From Eledone cirrhosa (Eukaryota), in NCBI GenBank assembly GCA_964016885.1, contig OZ024742.1, positions 7,006,001 through 7,070,000 on the forward strand: a stretch of 64,000 nucleotides of DNA. Reading direction: 5' to 3'. Position 1 is the first letter of the stretch, and each line of letters opens with the position of its first letter. Position numbers and translations under genes: made by a program. The notes beneath the pieces are model-generated. The model had not been told where the DNA came from. It saw only the letters and a program-made list of their open reading frames with translations, and made no database searches. Positions 42,358 through 54,220 of the stretch are shown in pieces.

Positions 42358-43835
42358 TATAAATCTAACTAAGTCTCTTCTCCCTCTCTCACTATATCTA
42401 ACTAACTCTCTTCCCTCTCTCTCACTATATCAAACTATCTCTCTTCCCCCTCTCACACTATATCTAACTAACTCTCTTCCCACTCTCTCACTATATCTAA
42501 CTAACTCTCTTCCCCCTCTCTCACTATATCTAACTAACTCTCTTCCCCCTCTCTTAATATAAGTAACTTACTCTCTTCTCCCTCTTTCACTATATCTAAC
42601 TAACACACTTTCCCCTCTCTCACTATATCTAACTAACTCTCTTCCCCCTCTCTCACTATATCTAACTAACTCTCTTCCCCCTCTCTTAATATAAGTAACT
42701 TACTCTCTTCTCCCTCTTTCACTATATCTAACTAACACACTTTCCCCTCTCTCACTATATCTAACTAACTCTCTTCCCCCTCTCTCACTATATCTAACTA
42801 ACTCTCTTCCCCCTCTCTTAATATAAGTAACTTACTCTCTTCTCCCTCTTTCACTATATCTAACTAACACACTTTCCCCTCTCTCACTATATCTAACTAA
42901 CTCTCTTCCCCCTCTCTCACTATATCTAACTAACTCTCTTCCCCCTCTCTTAATATAAGTAACTTACTCTCTTCTCCCTCTTTCACTATATCTAACTAAC
43001 ACACTTTCCCCTCTCTCACTATATCTAACTAACTCTCTTCCCCCTCACTCACTAGATATAACTAACTCTCTTCCCCCTCGCTACATCTAACTAAATCTCT
43101 TCCCTCTCTCTCACTATATGTAACTAACTCTCTTCCCCCTCTCTAACTATATCTAACTAACTCTCTTCCCCCTCTCTCAATATAAGTATCTTACTATCTT
43201 CTTCCTCTCTCACTATATATAATTTACTCTCTTCCCCCTCTCTCACTGTATCTAACTTATTCTCTTCCTCCTCTCTCACTATATCTAGCTAACTCTCTTC
43301 CCCCTCTCTCACAATATCTAACTAACTCTCTTCCCTCTCTTCCCTATATCCAACTAAGTCTCTTTCCCCTCTCTCACTGTATATAACTAAGTCTCTTCCC
43401 CTTCTCCCACTATATCTAACTAACTCTCTTCCCCTCTCTCAATATAATTATATTCTCCCTCTCTCACTATATCTAACTAACTCTCTTTCCTCTCTCTCAC
43501 TAGATATAACTAAATTTCTTCCCCCTCTCTCACTATATCTAACTAACTCTCTTCCGCCTCTCTCATTAGATATGACTAACGCTCTTCCCCTTCTCTCAAT
43601 ATAAGTAACTTACTCTCTTCTCCATCTTTCACTTTATCTTATTAACACTCTTCCCCCCTCTCACTATATCTAACTTACTTTTCCTTTTGTCTCACTATAT
43701 CTAACTAACTCTCTTCCCCCTCTCTCACTAGATATAACCAAATCTCTGGCCCTCTCTCAATATAAGTAACTTACTCTCTTCTCCATCTTTCACTATATCT
43801 AACCAAATCTCTCCCCCTCTCTCACTATACCTAAC
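42358..43835 (+). repeat. 33-bp minisatellite (CACTATATCTAACTAACTCTCTTCCCCCTCTCT) with a 132-bp 4-mer higher-order repeat
   Basis: 33-bp periodicity; variant TAATATAAGTAAC recurs at 42555, 42687, 42819 and 42951 (period 132). Confidence 0.95.
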
Positions 43836-44017
43836 TACACCCAACCAGTAATAAAGAGGGTAAGACAACAACAGACTATATATTTATCTCATTATTTATA
43901 TAATTTGTAATTTATTTAATCACTAGCTGAGGTACCCATATTTGCCAAGGTTAACAAAGGATAAGGGAAGACCGGCAGAAGATAAAATGCCTGTATTGAA
44001 TGCATTGTTTGTTTACA

Positions 44018-44029
44018 GTGTGTGTCTGT

Positions 44030-44060
<31 letters not shown>

Positions 44061-44082
44061 GTGTGCGTGTGCGTGTGTGTGT
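44018..44082. repeat. (GT)n microsatellite
   Basis: Direct reading. Confidence 0.95.
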
Positions 44083-44723
44083 AAATTACCATTGGAATCG
44101 GAGACATAGGCCGCGAAACAGGATCATCAGTGACAACGAACTTGCATGGTTGATTCCCAATCTGCTATAAATAGCAGTCAGGTTGGTTAGCATACGTGGT
44201 ATGTCTTTCTTCTTCTTTGGTGTTATAAAATTAGTATCAATAAACTTTCCTGGATATTTGTACATACTTTCCGATTGCCACTTTTCGTTTTTTTTCGTGT
44301 GCTACGCGAAGAAACCAACTAACAAACATCGCTCTTTTATATCTCTTATTTGTTCATTCAAAATATTTTTCAGCTAATTCTGTCGTACAATATACATCAG
44401 CAATCGTTATCTAATGTTTAAAACATATGAATAGCTGCGATATATGCACCATATCAATCAAAAACGATATGAGAATTGAATACCATACTAAAGCGTCAGT
44501 AAGCTTGCTAAGAATCTGCAGATAGAAATGTTAGTAAATACAACATTTGGCTTGGTTAAACTTTAAGATGTTCTTTCATTGTAGGTTTCTTTTCTCAGCC
44601 AGTACGTTAAAGAAAATTGATAGTTACAACAATAATGGTTGAACAGAGAACACATTTTTTAACAAACTTTACAATCATTTGTACAACCATAATGGAAATT
44701 CCAAGTAACAGAAAATACATAAA

Positions 44724-44999
44724 TTACATTGTTAGAGCCTCAGAGTATACAATATTTTTTGTTCGGCCCTCGGGAGCAAAGATGAAGAGATTGTTTGGCG
44801 GGCTCACTCTAGAGCATCCTACATACAATTGACCATGGGAGAAACATGGTTTTCCCAGATGAAGGCCAGCCACTTTTAGGGTTTGACCCTGAGCTTTGTT
44901 GATGGTAATCGCGAAGCTTAGTCTCTTTGTTGCTCTAGTAACATTTTTTCTTCTGGAAAATCTGATCTTGCGGCCAGGCTAGGACTTTTTGGGTGCCAT
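44724..44999 (-). pseudogene. Helitron RepHel remnant: putative N-terminus fused in frame to the Pif1 helicase C-terminus
   Basis: Hand translation: [64 protein letters not shown]...TKNIVYSEALTM*. This contains SF1B helicase motifs V/VI typical of Helitrons. Confidence 0.88.
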
Positions 45000-45503
45000 A
45001 TAGGCAGTAACAATGACGATAAGCCGTCTGTGCTTTCGTGAAATAAATACGTTTGTTTATATTTTGTTTTTGTGTATGCAAAAATATCTGTACACGAATA
45101 TATAATTATATATATATAATTAAAATAACAGATTAAAGTTTAAGCAAAGAATCGCTTCTTTCACCTTTAACGGGATCTTCTGAAACTAAAAAAATCAATC
45201 TGTGAACGCAGAAGTAAATATTTCGAAAACCGTTGCAACTGAAAGAAAACAGGAAGATGATACTTTGATTCGTGAAGACGTTAGGAATGTCGTATAACCG
45301 GAAGTGTTGACATTTGAAAATTTTAAAGAAGTGAATATTTAAGTAATGTCTTTAATCTTTTAACAAAATTCAGTAGACAAAAATACCCTCACTTTCTTAC
45401 TTGGAAAAAGTTACATCTATGGTGCAAATTTGGTGCCGTTTAGTCCAGCCGCCGTCAGCTTTATAGTATTGATTCGTAATTACTTTTCCTCTTTTTCTCT
45501 CTA

Positions 45504-45584
45504 ATACACACACACACACACACACTCAAACACAAACACACACAAGCAACCCCTCCATAGACACACGCACATGCACTCCCTCCT

Positions 45585-45615
<31 letters not shown>

Positions 45616-46018
45616 GCACACACAAACACACGCACACACAAACACACACAAACACACACACGCACACACAAACACACACAAACACAGACACGAACACACA
45701 CATGCATCTCTCTCTCTCACACACACATAAACACACACACATGCATCCCTTCCTCACACACACACAAACACACAAACACACACTCACACATGCACCCCAT
45801 TCTCACACTCACACAAACACAAACACACATGCACCCCTCCTCACACACTCACACACACACAAATACACATAAGCACACACATGCACCCCTTCCTCACACA
45901 AAGACACACTCACACATGCACCCCTTCTCACACACACAAACAAACACACACACAAACACACACTAACACACACACACGCAAACACACATGAACCCCCTCC
46001 TCACACACATATATATAT
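45504..46018. repeat. Compound (CA)n microsatellite with a recurring CACATGCACCCCTCCTCA motif
   Basis: Direct reading. Confidence 0.9.
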
Positions 46019-46049
46019 GTCTTCAAGAGTTAGTAAGAGGAAGTATTAT

Positions 46050-46200
46050 TGGGGGTCAATAAATACATTTCTAGATTAATTATTGACCCTAGAATAATGA
46101 AAGGTGGAGTTGATCTGGGTGAGACTTGAACCCGGAACCTAGAAAGCCGGATAATGTACCGGAATTCATTTTATCCGACACACAAGTTTACCATTTCACC
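46050..46200 (-). mobile_element. Degenerate tRNA-derived SINE fragment
   Basis: The minus strand has a Pol III B-box-like GGTTCAAGTC followed by a CCACCTTTCAT...GGGTCAATAA core resembling abundant mollusc/cephalopod SINEs (recognised from memory, not searched). Confidence 0.45.
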
Positions 46201-46232
46201 CCCTTCAAAGATCCAAAGTTAAAGAAACGTTA

Positions 46233-47295
46233 CCCTCTTCTTCTTCGGCCACTTATTCCTGAGGATGTCGTGGGGGCAGAGTCTTCAAACATTCCTTCCA
46301 ACGGGTCCTGTCAGCTCCAACTGATCCAGCTGGATACCCAAGCGAGACCAGCCAACCATCTTGCTCTGGATCTACTCCTGGGTCTCTTGTCGGTTGGATG
46401 TGCCCGTAAATTATGTCCAGCGATTCTTTCCTGAGGCATTCTAACCACATGTCCATAGTATCGGAGCTGTGATCTCTCAATTCAGAGATTCTTTGATGAG
46501 ACATTCTAAATCCACGTCTGTAGTATCAGAGCTGTGATCTCTCAATTCCGAGATTCTTTCCTGAGACATTCTAACCACACGTCTGTAGTATCAGAGCTGT
46601 GATCTCTCAATTCAGAGATTCTTTCCTCAGACATTCTAACCACATGTCCATAGTATCAGAGCTGTGATCTCTCAATTCAGAAATTCTTTCCTGAGACATT
46701 CTAACCACATGTCTGTAGTATCAGAGCTGTGATCTCTCAATTCAGAAATTCTTTCCTGAGACATTCTAACCACATATCTGTAGTATCAGAGCTGTGATCT
46801 CTCAATTCAGAAGTTCTTTCCTGAGACATTCTAACCACATGTCCATAGTATCAGAGCAGTGATCTCTCAATTCAGAGATTCTTTCCTGGTACATTCTAAC
46901 CACATGTCCATAATATCAGAGCTGTGATCTCCCAATTCAGAGATTCTTTCCTGAGACATTCTAACCACATGTCCATAGTATCAGGGCTGTGATCTCTCAA
47001 TTCAGAGATTCTTTCCTCAGACATTCTAACCACATGTCTGTAGTATCAGAGCTGTGATCTCTCAATTCAGAGATTCTTTCCTCAGACATTCTAACCACAT
47101 GTCTGTAGTATCAAAGCTGTGATCTCTCAATTAGGAGATTCTTTCCTGAGACATTCTAACCACATGTCCATAGTATCAGAGCTGTGATCTCTCAATTCTG
47201 AGTAGTAGCAGCTCTACCTGAAGTAACTCTCTGATCTTCGAACTATACACTCTATCCAGTAGCATTACTCCAAAGGACCTTCGGAGGAACCCCAA
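46233..47295 (-). mobile_element. 5'-truncated RTE-clade LINE with a 13-bp TSD
   Basis: Minus translation LGFLRRSFGVMLLDRVYSSKIRELLQVELLLLRIERSQLRYYGHVVRMPQERI...PTDKRPRSRSRARW...RWKECLKTLPPR is an RTE ORF C-terminus. It has a (GAA)n tail and the TSD TAAAGAAACGTTA at 46220-46232 and 47296-47308. Confidence 0.9.
46422..47198. repeat. 65-bp minisatellite, 12 copies, inside the RTE coding sequence
   Basis: CATTCTAA recurs every 65 bp from 46437 to 47152. Confidence 0.97.
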
Positions 47296-47459
47296 TAAAG
47301 AAACGTTATGCTAGACAAAATGTCTGAACTCGCTAGATTGTGTTTTTGTTATTGTTTTTGTTTATGAGCTCAGAAACTGACATAGATCATCTTTCCCATT
47401 ATCTTGTCCAGTGTAACACTTGAAAATAATTATAAATATATACATATCCATATATAAAT

Positions 47460-47511
<52 letters not shown>

Positions 47512-47512
47512 A

Positions 47513-48776
47513 TCTAAACTATAATAAAGGAAGGTCTGTGGGATTGCGTACCGTTTATTTATTTTTTATCCCGTTTGTAAAATAAGTTGGATTACTTTGA
47601 ATAAATAATGAATGAATATTACATAATTTATGTACTCAATTTCGTAAACAAATATCATTTCAAATTGACTTCTTTTCAAATCAACCGGTATGTCGTCGCC
47701 ACCAAAACTTCAACTACCATATATATAGAAAAGGAGAGTTTGTGATAAGACAGATAGAGAGATTATGATTTTCTACACCTGACGCGTATGATTGTGCACA
47801 TATTTACATCTATATGTATGAGTATATAACTATTATGTGTATATAACTATAATCGCGCAAACACAAACTTATAAAAATACACTATCATAGACATAATTCA
47901 CACAAATACACATACTTTCACACAAATATATATACATTCACACATATTTTCACACAAACATACATACTTTCACACAAATATACATACATTCACACATATC
48001 AAAGGTATATATTGAGTTAGAAACTCAAAATAGTCTCTAACAATAAAATATCTCTAGGAAAGAGATTTTTCCGAGCCGTATATTATAATTGAATATAAAA
48101 GAAATGTAAACACAGATATATACGTATATGTGTTCAAATCGTAAGGGACCAGATTCGCTAAGGTGAAAAGAATACTAACTATAGACAATAGGGTTAGGCC
48201 AGACTCAATAAAAGAATAAATCAAGAAAATAAATACAAACCGGAATTATGGTAACTACCAATCACCCAGACAGCTTTGGCTATGCTGTTTCTATAAACTA
48301 TAATAAAGTAAGGAGCGCGGGACTGCGTGCGGTTTATAACTTTTTATCCCCTTAGTAAAATAAGTTGGATTACTTTGAATAAATAATGAATGAATATTAC
48401 ATAATTTATCTACTAAATTTCGTGGCTGTTGATTAAATATATTTTGTTTATTTAAAGATTCACTTCTTTACAATTTCTGAAATGTCAACACTTCCGGTTG
48501 GCCATCGCTTAAATAAACACTAATTTTCTGTAACTAATTTTCTCCTAATGCAGTTTATATATAATATCGTCTTTTTTAATGTATCATGGATTACGTTACT
48601 GATTAAATAAGACAGTGTAACGCAGTCTTCGATCAATTTCTTCTATGTATTATATATTGTCAATTACGATTTTATTTGATGTATCATATCTACATGTATA
48701 TATACCTGTGTATAATATCAATATACACACTACACATGCTAGCAGAAAACCACCCGAAGGGTGGTTTTTCTGCTAG
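47513..48776 (+). mobile_element. Non-autonomous Helitron-like element with a duplicated 5' region
   Basis: Starts A|TCTAAACTATAATAAAG and ends hairpin-CTAG|T. Bases 48452-48500 match the reverse complement of about 45296-45342 in the upstream Helitron. The 5' ~130 bp is repeated at about 48291-48423. Confidence 0.7.
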
Positions 48777-48870
48777 TAGTAATAATAATAAATGTGAAGG
48801 TTAAAATCCAAACAGGGATCGATAAGGATAAATATATATCAAATTTATAAGAACCTTAGAGCAAATATAT

Positions 48871-48995
48871 ATTAAAATGACAGAGTAAAGTTTAAGCAAA
48901 GAATCGCCGTTTTCACCCTTAACGGGAGTTTCAGAAGATCCCGTTAAGGGTGAAAGCAGCGATTCTTTGCTTAAACTTTAATCTGTTATTTTAAT
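48871..48995. repeat. Inverted repeat, 57-bp arms with an 11-bp spacer; a third single copy lies at 45119-45186
   Basis: ATTAAAATGACAGAGTAAAGTTTAAGCAAAGAATCGC...AACGGGA / TCCCGTT...GCGATTCTTTGCTTAAACTTTAATCTGTTATTTTAAT. Confidence 0.9.
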
Positions 48996-49202
<207 letters not shown>

Positions 49203-50520
49203 TTGTTTTGATGTTTACTCTGGCCCTGTTCTCTTTCTTTGCCCTCTCATTTTCATGGGAAAGTTTGAGTGCAATCTCGGTGCCAAGTAGTGCACATTTC
49301 AAATAGGATTCCTTCTTGTTTTTGTTTTCTTGTTGTGCATTCAACTGGTTTGGGAGCTTGGTTCTACGTCTCATAAGGATTTTCCTATCTCTGGGAATAA
49401 GATTTTTGTGTCTGCTTGCCTTTTTCTCCGGGACAAACTTTTTGCATATAGTGTGTATCGTTGTCATGAAGTGTTGAAATTGTGTGTTAGTGTCTTGTGT
49501 GGCGGTGTTTTCACTCCATGATTGCTTCCTGATTTCTCTCTTAATCTTTTTCCAGTTGGCCTTGTAGAAGTTAAGGCTGGATAACGTCCCGGAGCTTCTT
49601 GGTGGTTTTGTCTCTGTTGGTTCTCTCGGACCACATATCATTAGTTCTACTAAGTTATGATCCGAGAGAATTGTTGGTGTCACCTTTACATTGTGGATGA
49701 GCACTTCGTTGTTTGTATAACAGAGGTCCAGGACATTTTGGCCTCTTTTTGGGAGGAGTATTGCTTGCTCTATGAACAGCCTGTGTGTGAGGGCCAGCAG
49801 GGATTCCGTCTGTCTCTGTTCTATTGACGTCATTCCAGGGAGGAGGTGGCCCTCAGGCCATTTGACCTTTGGTAGGTTGAAGTCCCCCAGCAGTAAAATG
49901 TTGAGACCCTGGTTCGGTTTGTCAAGGACCTATTCTATCCTACTTAGGCTATGCTCAAATTTAGCCTCATGACTGGGGGCTTCGGGCGGCCGATATGTGA
50001 CACATATTACTGTCTGTAGTTGCTTCATATGTATTATCAGTGTGTAACAGACTGAGTTTGAATGTGTCAACACTACAATTGGTGTGACATCTTCACGGAT
50101 ATACAGAGCAACCCCACCATGAGTTCTCTCCTTCCTGTCCGAACGAAATACAGTATATTTCGGTATATGTATTTCTGCATCTGCTATACTGCTTGTCAGG
50201 TGCGTTTCGGTTAGTGCCATGCATAATGCTTGATTGCTTATGGCTAAGTCTCCCAGGTAGGAAATTTTACTCATGTTAGTGAGTTTCACCAGGCCTTTGA
50301 CATTCAGCAACAGCACTGGTGTGACTTTTGGGGTGCCAGTAATGGCTGTCGGTATGACACCTGGTCTGGTGTCAGCGGCGGCCACTCTAGCTCCCTTAGC
50401 TGTGGTGGTCGCGAGTGCTGGTGTGGGTGACCCTGGCTCTGGAAACGATGCAGCCAGGTCAGCTGTCAATCTTCTCTGCCATTGGTTCTCCTTCGGAAGG
50501 TGATTTCGCTTTTCACTTTT
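49203..50520 (-). mobile_element. LINE fragment (APE endonuclease domain and downstream linker; CR1/L2-like), disrupted
   Basis: Motifs LLNVKGL, ALTETHL, FRSDRKERTHGGVALY, TYRPP, (stop) [32 protein letters not shown]. No RT is present; both ends abut microsatellites. Confidence 0.85.
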
Positions 50521-50571
<51 letters not shown>

Positions 50572-50623
50572 TAATAAAAACAATGAATAAAAACAAAGAA
50601 ACAGTTCCTTATATTAAACAATT

Positions 50624-50755
50624 CATCATTTTACGATCGTTTCTAGGATATATATGTGTGTGTTGGTATGTATATCAGATCTATGTAAAAGTTTTACAAA
50701 CTATTAGAGGGAATATACATACCTACACATATATATGCTGTCTTCAGAATTAATG
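50624..50755 (-). ncRNA. Type I hammerhead ribozyme motif, long stem II
   Basis: Minus strand: CATTAATT-CTGAAGA-[long hairpin]-GAAA-CGATCG-TA^AAATGATG, with a palindromic stem III (ACGATCGT). Confidence 0.8.
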
Positions 50756-52010
50756 ATATTTATTTATTGAACAAAACCAACAAAGATTTAATATAATAGG
50801 TCTGTTTGGGAACAGGTTTTGAATTGACCAATAGAAAAGTAGTAAGTCGTCAAGTTGATAGAATAGTAGTAGTAGAAATTTAATTTTGGGGGTAGAGGAA
50901 TTCAGACTTCAGTTTTGAATGGAAAGAGTATTTTGAATGAAAAGATTACTTTGGGGATGAAAATAGGTCAAGCAGGTGAAAGTTACACGAAAATTTGATG
51001 TTATTAAAGAATAATGCTAATGTTAAAATCTAAGGAGAATAACATTTTACTATAAATGTGTTAGTGAAAAATATCAATCTTATTTAAAACATAAGGAATA
51101 TAGATCTATAAAAAGATATTAAATTAATTTAATTGATAGGTATATTTATAGGGATAAATATATATTAATTCATATAGATATGATAAATAAGAGTTAGATG
51201 TTATTAAAGAATGTTGTTAAAAACGAAGGAAAAAAAATGGGGGGGGGGATAAATGTATTAGTGAGAAATAACAAACTTATATAGATTATAAGGAATTTAG
51301 ATTCATAACAGCAAATTAAAATAGTTTATATGCGTATTTATAGGTATTAATTTTAGGAAAAGATAGCTGTAAAAGGGAAATAAAATTATGCAGTTCTTAG
51401 TAGTAGAATATTAATTATAGGTTAACTAATTTAAAAAAGAAAACAAAATTTAATTATAATAATTTGTAAAATATGAGTGTATATTAATTAGGTTTATAAT
51501 ATTTGAAAGTTTTTCTAATTCTATGATTACATGATATAATTACTTCGTTTTTAACAACATTCTTTAATAACATCTAACTCTTATTTATCATATCTATATG
51601 AATTAATATAAATGTATCCCTATAAATATACCTATCAATTAAATTAATTTAATTTCTTTTTATAGATCTATATTCCTTATGTTTTAAACAAGATTGATAT
51701 TTTTCACTAACACATTTATAGTAAAATGTTATTCTCCTTAGATTTTAACATTAGCATTATTCTTTAATAACATCAAATGTTCGTGTACCTTTCACCGGCT
51801 TGACCTATTTTCATCCCCAAAGTAATCTTTTCAAAATACTCTTTCCATTCAAAACTGAAGTCTGAATTCCTCCACCCCCAAAATTAAATTTCTACTACTA
51901 CTATTCTATCAACTTGACCACTTACTACTTTTCTATTGGTCAATTAAAAACCTGTTCCCAAACAGACCTATTATATTAAATCTTTGTTGGTTTTTTCAAT
52001 ATACATATAT

Positions 52011-52146
52011 CATTATTTCTGAAGACGGCATATATATGTGTAGGTATGTATATTCCCTCTGATAGTTTGTAAAACTTTTACATAGATCTATATGATATGC
52101 ATACCAACACACACATATATATCCTAGAAAAGATCGTAAAATGATG
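52011..52146 (+). ncRNA. Type I hammerhead ribozyme motif, long stem II
   Basis: Stem I CATTATTT/AAATGATG (8 bp), CTGAAGA at 52019-52025, a 101-nt stem II domain, GAAA at 52127-52130, AGATCG, cleavage triplet GTA. Confidence 0.78.
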
Positions 52147-52332
52147 AATTTTTTAATATAAGGAACTGTTTCTTTGTTTTAATTCATTGTTTTTATTAAT
52201 TTATCTTGACTCTGTTTTCTTGTGTTTTTCATCGAAAATATTTTGAATACATCTTCTCATTTCATGATATTTGGATTACATTGAGTTCTTCGTACGGATT
52301 GGACACTACCGTATATTTTGGTAGATGTATCT

Positions 52333-52333
<1 letters not shown>

Positions 52334-52384
<51 letters not shown>

Positions 52385-52411
52385 CTATATATATGTGTGT
52401 ATGTATATATT

Positions 52412-52468
<57 letters not shown>

Positions 52469-52535
52469 TTATATATATATATATATACATGTATGTATAT
52501 ATTTATATATATATCTCTCTATATATATATGTATA

Positions 52536-52570
<35 letters not shown>

Positions 52571-52577
52571 ATGTATA

Positions 52578-52655
<78 letters not shown>

Positions 52656-52695
52656 TCTATATATATGTATGTATATATTTACATATATATATATT

Positions 52696-52737
<42 letters not shown>

Positions 52738-52745
52738 CATATATA

Positions 52746-52811
<66 letters not shown>

Positions 52812-52899
52812 TATATATTTATATATATCTATATATCTATATATATGTATGTATATATTTATATATATATAGAGATATATATATATATATGTATGTATA

Positions 52900-52978
<79 letters not shown>

Positions 52979-52979
52979 A

Positions 52980-53020
<41 letters not shown>

Positions 53021-53030
53021 ATATATTTAC

Positions 53031-53112
<82 letters not shown>

Positions 53113-53119
53113 ATGTATA

Positions 53120-53200
<81 letters not shown>

Positions 53201-53271
53201 ATATTTATATATATATATATATACATGTATGTATATATTTATATATATATCTCTCTATATATATATGTATA

Positions 53272-53312
<41 letters not shown>

Positions 53313-53399
53313 ATATTTATATACATACATATACATACATATATATATATATACATATATCTATATATATGTATGTATATATTAACATATATATATATT

Positions 53400-53445
<46 letters not shown>

Positions 53446-53494
53446 TATATATATAAATATATACATACATGTATATATATATATATATAAATAT

Positions 53495-53551
<57 letters not shown>

Positions 53552-53559
53552 CATATATA

Positions 53560-53591
<32 letters not shown>

Positions 53592-53705
53592 AGTATATAT
53601 TTATATATATCTATATATCTATATATATGTATGTATATATTTATATATATATAGAGATAGATATATATATATGTATGTATATATTTATATATATATGTAT
53701 GTATA

Positions 53706-53758
<53 letters not shown>

Positions 53759-53781
53759 ATATATTTACATATATATATATG

Positions 53782-53866
<85 letters not shown>

Positions 53867-53873
53867 ATGTATA

Positions 53874-53944
<71 letters not shown>

Positions 53945-53971
53945 ATATTTATATATATATATATATATATA
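52334..53971. repeat. Long compound (TA)n microsatellite with recurring GTATGTATATATTT interruptions
   Basis: Direct reading. Confidence 0.97.
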
Positions 53972-54207
53972 TGTAGTAAGACGCCTCACGCTCCTTGATA
54001 GAACAACGCCGGTTGAGAACGCCAGAAAGAAAAGACAGACAGCCACTGGAAAGCCGACTGATCATACGCCAGAAACCAGCCTCTGTACAACACCATTGTT
54101 TGTGCTACATCAAAAAATAAACGTATATTTCATCTCTAATTTCTGCTGTTGAAATAATTATTATGTCACTCGTATCTCGATAACATCTATAACTAATACT
54201 GCTAAAG

Positions 54208-54220
54208 TGGTGACCGACGT
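54208..54220 (+). promoter_or_regulatory. Primer-binding site, tRNA-Trp-like
   Basis: TGGTGACCGACGT matches the complement of the tRNA-Trp 3' end (TGGTGACCCCGACGT) with a 2-nt deletion, directly after the LTR. Confidence 0.7.

Larger units (their letters stand above)
43923..45472 (-). mobile_element. Internally deleted Helitron (rolling-circle transposon)
   Basis: Minus strand reads A|TCAATACTATAAAG ... CAGCTAG|T (5'-TC, 3'-CTAG, A^T target). It has a degenerate subterminal hairpin and an internal Pif1-helicase remnant. Confidence 0.88.
50565..52333. mobile_element. Non-coding fold-back element (arms about 660 bp: 50565-51228 and 51543-52204, plus a tail to about 52333) carrying hammerhead motifs; probably a Penelope-like derivative
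   Basis: The arms are reverse complements with few differences, each contains a hammerhead motif, and (TA)n/(CA)n flanks both sides. Confidence 0.75.

Noticed and set aside
42311-42562. 83-aa ORF with an 11-aa repeat
   Set aside because: Translation of the 33-bp minisatellite.
45501-45966. His/Thr- and Cys/Val-rich ORFs
   Set aside because: Translation of (CA)n.
46422-47198. 65-bp repeat as a CRISPR or ribozyme array
   Set aside because: No spacers, the core reads CTGATAC rather than CTGANGA, and the unit is explained as RTE coding sequence.
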